From Rickettsia typhi (GTDB taxonomy: Bacteria; Pseudomonadota; Alphaproteobacteria; Rickettsiales; UBA1997), in the NCBI GenBank assembly GCA_945865905.1, contig CAMBFC010000004.1, positions 20,553-84,552 of the forward strand: 64,000 nucleotides of DNA, read 5' to 3'. Under the pieces are notes generated by a model. The model worked only from the letters and a program-made list of their open reading frames with translations, ran no database searches and had not been told where the DNA came from. Numbering within the stretch: the first letter of the stretch is position 1; the number at the start of each line of letters is the position of its first letter. Positions 53,689-62,093 of the stretch are shown here, piece after piece. Made by a program: the position numbers and the translations under genes.

Positions 53689-56136
53689 ATGTTTAATATA
53701 ATAAAAAAAGAAATTAACTGGAACGGAAAAATCCTCAGTTTAGAAACAGGAAAAGTTGCTCGTCAGGCCAGCGGATCAGTTATGGCAAAGCTTGGAGGCA
53801 CAACTATACTTTGTGCAGTTACCGTTGCAAAAAAAGCCGTTGAAGGTGCTGATTTTTTACCTCTTACTGTTAACTACATCGAAAAATCATATGCCGCAGG
53901 TAAAATTCCGGGGGGATTTTTTAAGAGAGAAGCTAAGCCATCGGATAACGCTACTCTAGTATCGCGCTTGATTGATCGTCCGATCCGTCCCTTGTTTCCT
54001 GCTAATTTTCACAATGAAATAAATGTGGTTTGCACAGTTCTTTCTTATGATCCAACTTGCAATGCCGATATTCTTGGATTGATCGCTGCTTCTGCTGCGC
54101 TTGAAATCTCTGAAGTGCCTTTTGAAGGCCCAGTTGGGTGCTCTCGCGTTGGTCATATTAATGGCGAATTTGTTCTTAACCCTAGCAACGAAGAACTTAA
54201 AAATTCTCGTCTTGATCTAGTTGTTGCAGGTACCGAAACCTCAGTTTTGATGGTTGAATCTGAAGCAAAAGAATTGACAGAAGTTGAAATGCTTGCTGCA
54301 GTAAACTTTGGTCATGCAGGCTTTCTTCCAGTGATCGAAATGATCAAAGAATTCAAAGCTGAGGCTGGCAAAGAAAAAATGCAAATCGTTGCTCACGATT
54401 ACTCTGCGTTGAAAAAAGACATGACTTCTTTTATCGAAAGCAGATTAACTGATGCTTATAAATTGCAAAAAAAGCAAGATCGTAGCGGCGCGCTTGAATT
54501 GATCAAAGCTGATTCTGTTGCTAAATTTGTCAACGAAGAAACTGGAATTTGCAAAGTTAAAGTTGGATCAATTTTCAAAAAACTCGAGCAAGAAATCGTT
54601 CGTGGCAATATCGTAAAAAGCTCGGTTCGTATTGATGGACGCGCGCCAGATCAAATTCGCCAAATCACTTGCGAAATTGGTGTTTTGCCACAAGTTCATG
54701 GTTCGGCACTTTTCACTCGCGGAGAAACTCAAGCTTTAGTTATTGCTACTCTAGGCTCTTCTCGTGATGAACAAATGATCGAAGGATTAGATGGCATGCA
54801 AAAAGAAGCTTTCATGTTGCACTATAATTTCCCTCCATATTCTGTTGGTGAAACTGGCCGTTTAGGCACGCCTGGTCGTCGCGAAATTGGTCACGGCAAA
54901 TTGGCTTGGAGAGCTTTAAATCCTATTTTCCCACATAACCAAGAAGGCTTCCCTTACGTTACTCGTATCGTTTCTGAAATCACTGAATCTAACGGTTCAT
55001 CTTCTATGGCTTCTGTTTGTGGCGCTTCACTTGCACTTATGGATGCTGGTGTTCCAATCAAAGAACCAGTTTCTGGGATCGCGATGGGCCTTGTTAAAGA
55101 AGGCGATAACTATGTAATTTTATCTGATATTATGGGTGATGAAGATCATCTTGGTGATATGGATTTTAAAGTTGCGGGAACAAAAAACGGTATTACTGCT
55201 TTGCAAATGGATATCAAAATCAAAGGCATCACTGCTGAGATTATGGATAAAGCCTTGCAACAAGCTTATGCTGGCCGTATCCACATCTTGGGCAAAATCA
55301 CTGAAGTTATGGCGGCTCCTAGAGCTGAGCTTAATGGCAATGTGCCAAGAGTTGAAATCATGAACATCAACCCGAAAAAAATCCGTGAAGTAATCGGATC
55401 TCGTGGTAAAGTTATCAAAGAAATCTGCGCTAATTCTGGCGCGGTTGTTGATATCGATGATGATGGTACTGTTAAAATTAGCTCAAGCAATAATGATAAT
55501 ATCAAAAAAGCTGTGGCAATGATTAACGATATCGTTTTTGAACCAGAAATCGGCGATATTTTTGAAGGCCCAGTTGTTAAAGTTATTGATGCTGGTGCTT
55601 TTGTAAGCATTGCGCCTAATCGTGATGGTTTTGTTCATATTTCTGAACTTGCAGAATATCGCGTTGATTTTGTTGAAGATGTAATCAATGAAGGCGATGT
55701 TATTAAAGTTAAAGTTATTGGTTTCGATAAAAAAGGTCGTCCGAAATTGTCTTTCCGTTGTGTTGATCAAAACACTGGCGAAGACATTTCTGATCGTATT
55801 GCAAACAAACCAGCTATGGTTGATGAAAGAGAATCTGGCGGCGATGATCGTCGTGGTGGCTCTTCTGATCGTGGCGATAGACGCGGCGGTGATCGCGGTG
55901 GAGATAGACGCGGTGGCGGTGATCGTGGTGGTCGTGATGACAGACGCGGCGGCTCTTCTGATCGCGGAGATCGCGGTGGTGATAGAGGTGGTCGTGATCG
56001 CGATGATCGCGGTGGCGATAGAGATCGCGGAAGTCGTGATGATCGCGGTGGAGATCGCGGTTATCGTGGCGATGATCGTCGTAGCGCTCCTGCTCCAGTT
56101 GAAGAAAAACCAAAACGCCGTGGATTTTTCGGTTAG
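53689..56136 (+). CDS. pnp: polyribonucleotide nucleotidyltransferase (PNPase) with Arg/Gly/Asp-repeat C-terminal extension
   Basis: 815 aa with two RNase PH domains, KH and S1 (GDIFEGPVVKVIDAGAFVSI...). A tail of about 115 aa follows that is rich in RGG/GDR repeats. Confidence 0.95.
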   Translation: MFNIIKKEINWNGKILSLETGKVARQASGSVMAKLGGTTILCAVTVAKKAVEGADFLPLTVNYIEKSYAAGKIPGGFFKREAKPSDNATLVSRLIDRPIRPLFPANFHNEINVVCTVLSYDPTCNADILGLIAASAALEISEVPFEGPVGCSRVGHINGEFVLNPSNEELKNSRLDLVVAGTETSVLMVESEAKELTEVEMLAAVNFGHAGFLPVIEMIKEFKAEAGKEKMQIVAHDYSALKKDMTSFIESRLTDAYKLQKKQDRSGALELIKADSVAKFVNEETGICKVKVGSIFKKLEQEIVRGNIVKSSVRIDGRAPDQIRQITCEIGVLPQVHGSALFTRGETQALVIATLGSSRDEQMIEGLDGMQKEAFMLHYNFPPYSVGETGRLGTPGRREIGHGKLAWRALNPIFPHNQEGFPYVTRIVSEITESNGSSSMASVCGASLALMDAGVPIKEPVSGIAMGLVKEGDNYVILSDIMGDEDHLGDMDFKVAGTKNGITALQMDIKIKGITAEIMDKALQQAYAGRIHILGKITEVMAAPRAELNGNVPRVEIMNINPKKIREVIGSRGKVIKEICANSGAVVDIDDDGTVKISSSNNDNIKKAVAMINDIVFEPEIGDIFEGPVVKVIDAGAFVSIAPNRDGFVHISELAEYRVDFVEDVINEGDVIKVKVIGFDKKGRPKLSFRCVDQNTGEDISDRIANKPAMVDERESGGDDRRGGSSDRGDRRGGDRGGDRRGGGDRGGRDDRRGGSSDRGDRGGDRGGRDRDDRGGDRDRGSRDDRGGDRGYRGDDRRSAPAPVEEKPKRRGFFG

Positions 56137-56165
56137 TTTATAAAAATTTTTAAGTTATTTATCAG

Positions 56166-56204
56166 CCTCCGCAATTGTATAAAATCAGTTGCGGAGGTTT
56201 TTTA
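56166..56204 (+). terminator. rho-independent terminator of pnp
   Basis: CCTCCGCAA (56166-56174), a 14-nt loop, TTGCGGAGG (56189-56197), then TTTTTT. Confidence 0.8.
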
Positions 56205-56323
56205 TTGGAATCAAGGATTTATTTGGCGAGAAAAAAAGATAGTCCATCTAAATAGATATTTTTATGGAAAGAATTTATAAATTTTTTTATAATCAGATAT
56301 TCAAATAAATTAAAATTATCATT

Positions 56324-56554
56324 ATGCCAATTGCTCAAGAAAAACTAGAATCACTTTTGCGCGCAGGATTCCCCAATGCTCAACTTGAAATTGTTGACAC
56401 TGTTGGCGATCAAGATCATTATAGTGTTAAAATTATTGATGAAGTTTTTGCTGGCAAAACTAGAGTTGAACAGCATAAAATGGTCAATACAGCTTTGGCG
56501 GGGCATCTTGGTGGGGCGCTTCATGCCTTGCAAATCAAGACCTCAGCAAATTAA
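56324..56554 (+). CDS. BolA-family protein (second paralog)
   Basis: 76 aa with DHYSVKIIDEVFAGKTRVEQHKMV...LHALQIKT. It lies directly upstream of a monothiol glutaredoxin. Confidence 0.75.
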   Translation: MPIAQEKLESLLRAGFPNAQLEIVDTVGDQDHYSVKIIDEVFAGKTRVEQHKMVNTALAGHLGGALHALQIKTSAN

Positions 56555-56569
56555 TTAATAAAAAATAAT

Positions 56570-56893
56570 ATGAGAAATATTTCTGAAGAAATTGAACAAA
56601 TTATCCAAAATAATGATGTTGTGCTTTTTATGAAAGGCACGAAAGATATGCCGCAATGTGGCTTTTCTGCAACGGTTTCGCATATTTTAACGCAGCTTGG
56701 TGTTGAATTTTTTGATGTGGACATTTTGCGTGATGCAGAAATTCGTCAAGGGATTAAAGAATTTTCTGATTGGCCAACGATTCCGCAGGTTTATATTAAA
56801 GGTGAGTTTGTTGGTGGCTGTGATATTGTGAAAGAAATGTTTCAAGCGGGTGAGTTGCAAGAAATGTTGAAGGAAAAACAAATTATTGCATAG
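56570..56893 (+). CDS. grxD: monothiol glutaredoxin (Grx4 family)
   Basis: 107 aa with VVLFMKGTKDMPQCGFS and WPTIPQVYI.GEFVGGCDI. Confidence 0.92.
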   Translation: MRNISEEIEQIIQNNDVVLFMKGTKDMPQCGFSATVSHILTQLGVEFFDVDILRDAEIRQGIKEFSDWPTIPQVYIKGEFVGGCDIVKEMFQAGELQEMLKEKQIIA

Positions 56894-56926
56894 TTTAACC
56901 GCGCACCAAAGTTTATCAAAACAAAA

Positions 56927-57865
56927 ATGACCAACTACGCAATTGAAATTAAAGGTTTGAACAAAACCTACAAAGCGAAGAAAAAATCCCCCGCAAAAGT
57001 TGCGTTGAAAAATATTGATTTGCAGATCAAGAAGGGTTCGTTCTTTGGGCTTCTAGGGCCAAACGGTGCGGGCAAATCTACGATTATTAATATTTTAGCA
57101 GGATTGGTTAACAAAACTTCGGGCCAAGTTAAAATTGCGGGGATCGATATTGATGAAGATCAAAAGGGCTCTAAGTTCAAGATTGGTATAGTTCCGCAAG
57201 AGTTGGTGATTGATCCATTTTTTAATGTGCGTGAAACTTTAGAAATTTATGCGGGATATTTTGGCCTGCGAAAAAACGAGCGCAGAACCGATGAAATCAT
57301 TGAGGCTCTAGGGTTAAAGGATAAAGCTTTGGCAACTCCGCGCAGTTTATCTGGTGGAATGAGACGGCGATTATTAGTGGCAAAAGCTTTAGTGCACTCA
57401 CCAGAAATTTTAGTTTTAGATGAGCCGACCGCTGGCGTAGATGTTGAGCTGCGCACACAATTATGGAATTATGTTCGCAAACTAAATGCCGATGGAACCA
57501 CCATTTTATTAACCACACATTATCTTGAAGAAGCCGAAGAATTATGCGATGAGATCGCTGTTATCAACCATGGTAGCGTGATTGCGGTTGATAAAAAAAC
57601 TAACCTAATGCAATTGTTGAGCAGCAAAGAATTAATCATCAACTTCACAAAAGATCTAGATTACAAAATATTACAATTGCCAGCGGAGGCCCACGCCAAG
57701 CAGATCGAGGCCGATCAAATATCAATTTCTTACGATCCGATGAAAATTGCAGTGGAAAAAATATTTAATTCAGTTTCAAATACAGGCGTTGGAATAAAAG
57801 ATATTTCAACAAAGCAGCCAGATTTAGAGGAAGTTTTTAAATTTTTAGTCAAATCAAAAACTTAA
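56927..57865 (+). CDS. ABC transporter ATP-binding protein (ABC-2/DrrA-like)
   Basis: 312 aa with Walker A GPNGAGKST, signature LSGGMRRR and Walker B ILVLDEPT. No adjacent permease gene. Confidence 0.85.
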   Translation: MTNYAIEIKGLNKTYKAKKKSPAKVALKNIDLQIKKGSFFGLLGPNGAGKSTIINILAGLVNKTSGQVKIAGIDIDEDQKGSKFKIGIVPQELVIDPFFNVRETLEIYAGYFGLRKNERRTDEIIEALGLKDKALATPRSLSGGMRRRLLVAKALVHSPEILVLDEPTAGVDVELRTQLWNYVRKLNADGTTILLTTHYLEEAEELCDEIAVINHGSVIAVDKKTNLMQLLSSKELIINFTKDLDYKILQLPAEAHAKQIEADQISISYDPMKIAVEKIFNSVSNTGVGIKDISTKQPDLEEVFKFLVKSKT

Positions 57866-58771
57866 ATGAAGCGCGATTTAATCAGCATCGATCAGCTCTC
57901 TGTTGCAGAGATAGATAAAATCCACAAGCTTGCAAATAAATATTTTTTCAAACCAAAGCAAAATAAAAATCTCGCTGGAAAATTGCTGGTGAATTTCTTT
58001 TTTGAAAATTCTACGCGCACCAGAATGTCATTTGAAATTGCGGCGAAGCGCTCTGGTTGCGATGTGGTGAATCTTGATATTTCTCTCTCTTCTCTCAAAA
58101 AAGGTGAATCGATAATTGATACAGCAAAAACTATCAACGCGATGCGGCCCGATTTTGTTGCAATCAGGCACAATTCTAGCGGAATCGTAGAATTACTCAA
58201 AAAATATATTGATGCATCGCTGATCAACGCCGGAGACGGAACAAATGAACATCCTAGCCAAGCATTGCTCGATAGTTTTGTGATTCGTCAACATAAAGGC
58301 GATTTGTCAAAATTAAAAATTGCGATTTGCGGCGATGTTTTACATTCGCGAGTGGCGCGCTCAAACATAAAATTGCTGAAAAAATTCGGTGCAGAGATTC
58401 GTGTGATTACGCCACCAACTCTTATGCCTGTTGATTATAAGCAATGGTTGCAAGAAAAATTTGATATTAAAGTTTTTGATAATTTGGCGGATGGAATTGT
58501 TGGAGTTGATGTGGTGATGATGCTGCGGATTCAGCAAGAGCGCATGCTGGGCTGCTACATTCCTTCTCTGGCAGAATATGCTAAAATTTATGGATTGACG
58601 CATGAGAAATTGCAATTGGCGCATAAGGGTGCTCTGGTGTTGCATCCGGGGCCAATTAATCGCGATGTAGAAATTTCGGCAGAGTTGGCGGATGATGAAT
58701 CGGTGAGTTTGATTTTAGAGCAGGTTGAGGCTGGAGTTGCGGTGCGGCAGGCTTTGCTCGAATTGTTATAA
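57866..58771 (+). CDS. pyrB: aspartate carbamoyltransferase catalytic subunit
   Basis: 301 aa with FFENSTRTR, HPSQALLD and HPGPINR. Confidence 0.92.
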   Translation: MKRDLISIDQLSVAEIDKIHKLANKYFFKPKQNKNLAGKLLVNFFFENSTRTRMSFEIAAKRSGCDVVNLDISLSSLKKGESIIDTAKTINAMRPDFVAIRHNSSGIVELLKKYIDASLINAGDGTNEHPSQALLDSFVIRQHKGDLSKLKIAICGDVLHSRVARSNIKLLKKFGAEIRVITPPTLMPVDYKQWLQEKFDIKVFDNLADGIVGVDVVMMLRIQQERMLGCYIPSLAEYAKIYGLTHEKLQLAHKGALVLHPGPINRDVEISAELADDESVSLILEQVEAGVAVRQALLELL

Positions 58772-58999
58772 TATCACTACACTTTCCCCCTCAAAAAAAT
58801 CACCCAAAAAAATCGGTTGCATTAAAGAATTTTAAAGTTTTTATTTGCATTTAAAAATAAATAAAATATCGTCCCGCGCTCTTTTAAAAAGTTCTGATTT
58901 TTTCGAAAAAATTAAATAGGTCGCGAGACCTAGGCGGCACAGGAAAAAATCAGGATAAATTTTAGGTAATTTTTTTAATTTTTATCTACTTAAAACGAA

Positions 59000-60340
59000 A
59001 TGGAAAAAACACAAGAACCTGACGGCCGAGTCGTCGCCCAAAATACTACCTCTAAAATTCACTTTGTTGATTTTAGCAAAAGCAAAAAATCGAAAGCAGC
59101 AAGCGTAGTTGCTTCTAATTCAACGGTTTTAGAAAATGTTTTTGCTTCTAAGCCATCTTTTCCAGTTTATTTTATTAGGCCACAATCCTTGAAGCGCGCC
59201 GCTTCGTGGTTTTTAGAAAACTTCAAATCATTTCGCAATTTTTCTGGAAAAAATCTTTCTGGCGATGTTTTATATTCAGTAAAAAGCAACCCAGACGCTG
59301 CGGTTTTGCAACATTTATTTGATGCAGGAATCCGTCATTTTGATGTTGCTTCTTTGGCAGAAATCACCCTAATTCAGGATTTATTTGGCAAAAAAGCCAG
59401 CATGTATTTCATGCATCCAATCAAATCTCGTGAGGCAATTTACGAAGCTTATTTTAATCACGGCATTCGCGATTTTTCACTCGATTCATTCGATGAGTTG
59501 AAAAAAATCTTAGAAGTTACCGTCGGCGCCAAAGATCTTGGCTTGCATGTGCGTTTGGCAATTCCTAATTCTCGTTCGGCAATCGATTTATCGGGCAAAT
59601 TTGGTGTGTTGCCGCGCAAATCTGTGGCGCTTTTGCGCAAAGTTCGCACAGCTGCAAAGCGTTTTGGCGTGTGCTTTCATGTTGGTTCGCAATGTATGGA
59701 TCCAACCCAATATCGCGCTACTTTAATGATCGTAAAAGATGCTATCGCGCAAGCAAAAGTTAAGCTTGATGTGCTTGATATCGGCGGTGGTTTTCCTTCG
59801 ATTTATCCAGGAATGACGCCACCAAACATGCAGAGCTATGTTGATGAAATTCAAGATGCTTTGATGATGATGCCGCTTGATAATAATTGTCGCATTTGGT
59901 GCGAACCCGGTCGTGCATTGGTTGCAGAATCTGGATCATTGCTAGTTCGCGTTGAAGGTCGCAAAGGCAATATGCTTTATATTAATGATGGAACTTACGG
60001 CGGCTTGTTTGATGCGGGTGTGCCAGCTTTTATTTATCCAACAAAATCTCTGCGTATCAAAAAAGGCCGTGCTTTATCAAGCAATAATGTGCCTTTTGGA
60101 TTTTATGGTCCAACCTGCGATTCGCTTGATACGATGAAGGGTCCATTTTATCTACCAGAAAATATTGCAGAAGGTGATTACATTGAAATCGGACAACTTG
60201 GCGCTTATTCAAAAAGCATCAGAACTGAATTTAACGGCTTCAACCAAACAATACAAATTGAAGTAAGCGACGAGCCCCTCGAAAGCATGTATAAAACTGC
60301 TGAAGAAGAAGAGGCTGCAACAAATAACTTAAATTCTTAA
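59000..60340 (+). CDS. type III PLP-dependent decarboxylase, ornithine decarboxylase-like
   Basis: 446 aa with YSVKSNPD (PLP-Lys region), DIGGGFP, EPGRALVA and GPTCDSLD. The N-terminal ~50 aa may precede the true start. Confidence 0.8.
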   Translation: MEKTQEPDGRVVAQNTTSKIHFVDFSKSKKSKAASVVASNSTVLENVFASKPSFPVYFIRPQSLKRAASWFLENFKSFRNFSGKNLSGDVLYSVKSNPDAAVLQHLFDAGIRHFDVASLAEITLIQDLFGKKASMYFMHPIKSREAIYEAYFNHGIRDFSLDSFDELKKILEVTVGAKDLGLHVRLAIPNSRSAIDLSGKFGVLPRKSVALLRKVRTAAKRFGVCFHVGSQCMDPTQYRATLMIVKDAIAQAKVKLDVLDIGGGFPSIYPGMTPPNMQSYVDEIQDALMMMPLDNNCRIWCEPGRALVAESGSLLVRVEGRKGNMLYINDGTYGGLFDAGVPAFIYPTKSLRIKKGRALSSNNVPFGFYGPTCDSLDTMKGPFYLPENIAEGDYIEIGQLGAYSKSIRTEFNGFNQTIQIEVSDEPLESMYKTAEEEEAATNNLNS

Positions 60341-60345
60341 TCAAA

Positions 60346-61377
60346 ATGGCTGCAAAAAAAGTTACTAAAAAAGATCTTTTAAAAAGAGAAGTTAAGCATA
60401 TTGATATCACATCTTTTGATGCGCGTCCAATTCTTGATCAAATGGATCACATGTCTTTCACCTCGCGTGATTTGGCTCGTGCAACACAAATTTTCAACAT
60501 GATGTTGAAAGATGATAAATGTTCAACAATTTTAACGCTTGCAGGATCTACCTCTGCCGGTGGTTGCATGAAAGTTTATGCCGATATGATTAAATTTGGC
60601 ATGATCGATGCAATCGTTGCAACTGGCGCTTCTATCGTTGATATGGATTTTTTTGAAGCGCTTGGCTTCAAGCATTATCAAGGCACGCCGTTTGTTGATG
60701 ATAAATTTTTGCGCGATAATTATATCGATCGCATTTACGATACTTACATCGATGAAGAAAGTTTGCAAAATTGCGATAACACAATTTTTAAAATCGCAAA
60801 TTCTCTAGAGCCACGCCCTTACTCATCTCGTGAGTTTATCTATGAAATGGGAAAATATTTAAAGAAACATGGCAAGAAAAAAGAATCTCTAATTGAGCTT
60901 GCTTATGATCACAATGTGCCAATTTTTTGCCCCGCTTTTGTTGATTCTTCTGCTGGTTTCGGTCTAGTTTTACATCAAGTAAAAAACCCGAAAAAACATA
61001 TGACAATTGATGCGATCGCTGATTTTAAAGAGTTAACCGAAATCAAAATCAAAGCCGGAACAACAGGCTTGTTAATGATCGGCGGCGGTGTGCCAAAAAA
61101 TTTCGTGCAAGATACTGTAGTGTGCGCCGAAATTCTCGGTCATGAAGTTGATATGCATAAATATGCTGTGCAAATTACTGTAGCAGATTCTCGCGATGGC
61201 GCTTGCTCATCTTCAACTTTAAAAGAAGCTTGCTCTTGGGGCAAAGTTGATCTTGCTTATGAGCAAATGGTTTTTGCTGAAGCGACTTCAGTTGTTCCGC
61301 TTATGGTTTCTGATGCTTACCATCGTGGCTTTTGGAAAAAAAGAAAAAGAAGAAATTTTGCAAAAATGTTTGCTTAG
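60346..61377 (+). CDS. deoxyhypusine synthase-like protein (candidate homospermidine synthase)
   Basis: 343 aa. LTLAGSTSAGGCMKVYADMIKFGMIDAIVATGASIVDMD and IGGGVPKNF are typical of the DHS family. Confidence 0.78.
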   Translation: MAAKKVTKKDLLKREVKHIDITSFDARPILDQMDHMSFTSRDLARATQIFNMMLKDDKCSTILTLAGSTSAGGCMKVYADMIKFGMIDAIVATGASIVDMDFFEALGFKHYQGTPFVDDKFLRDNYIDRIYDTYIDEESLQNCDNTIFKIANSLEPRPYSSREFIYEMGKYLKKHGKKKESLIELAYDHNVPIFCPAFVDSSAGFGLVLHQVKNPKKHMTIDAIADFKELTEIKIKAGTTGLLMIGGGVPKNFVQDTVVCAEILGHEVDMHKYAVQITVADSRDGACSSSTLKEACSWGKVDLAYEQMVFAEATSVVPLMVSDAYHRGFWKKRKRRNFAKMFA

Positions 61378-61396
61378 TGTTTATTCGTATATTTTT

Positions 61397-61436
61397 AAAA
61401 TGGTGTAAGGTCTTTTGATCTACGCCATTTTTTTGT
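61397..61436 (+). terminator. probable rho-independent terminator
   Basis: AAAATGGTGTA (61397-61407) pairs with TACGCCATTTT (61421-61431) with one U-G, followed by a T-run. Confidence 0.55.
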
Positions 61437-61520
61437 TTTAAAATTTCCCCGCAATTTCCTTCCAAATTACAAAATGCAAATTATCATCGCATAAATTTTT
61501 AATTTAAAATTTCTCCAACT

Positions 61521-62021
61521 TTGTTCGCAGAAAAATCAATCTCCCGCGTTATAGTTCTTCACCTTGTTGCCGTTCTTTTTGTTATTTTTAACATATCAGA
61601 CATCAAGATTGGAGGGCTTTCAAAGCTTATTCCGCTTTTTGATCTGATGATGGTTTTTTACTTTGCGGTTTTTTATCGCGTCTTTGGATTGTGGTTTATT
61701 TTTCTTCTAGGAATCTGGAACGATGCATTAAATGGAAATCCTCTCGGCCTTACTCCTCTGTGCTATATCGTCCTTATTAAAATTTTTATTACTCTAAATC
61801 AGCGTCTAGTAATTCGTGAAAATTTTAAACAATTATGGCAGCAATTTGCAATTTTTTGTTTTTGTTTTTTATGTTTAAAATGGATAACTTTATCAATGTT
61901 TAATGCCGCTTTTTACAGCGTCACTACTATCTTGGTACAGTTTATTTTAACCACATCTTTTTATGTTTTGATGCATAAATTTTTTGATTATTTATATCAA
62001 AAATTAATTGAAGAGAATTAA
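61521..62021 (+). CDS. mreD: rod shape-determining protein MreD (putative)
   Basis: 166 aa, polytopic, with a WNDALNGNPLGL loop. It lies immediately upstream of mrdA. TTG start on the track. Confidence 0.55.
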   Translation: MFAEKSISRVIVLHLVAVLFVIFNISDIKIGGLSKLIPLFDLMMVFYFAVFYRVFGLWFIFLLGIWNDALNGNPLGLTPLCYIVLIKIFITLNQRLVIRENFKQLWQQFAIFCFCFLCLKWITLSMFNAAFYSVTTILVQFILTTSFYVLMHKFFDYLYQKLIEEN

Positions 62022-62093
62022 AGCTAAATTTCTACATGGCATAGGCCATGCCCCGCCTTGCGGGGATCCCCTAGATAATGAATAAATATATAA

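Noticed and set aside
55688-56143. 151-aa plus-frame and 99-aa minus-frame ORFs (55814-56113) inside the end of pnp
   Set aside because: These are shadow frames created by the GAT-CGY-GGY repeat that encodes the PNPase RGD tail. Their V/A/I- or H/D/R-only compositions are by-products of the repeat.
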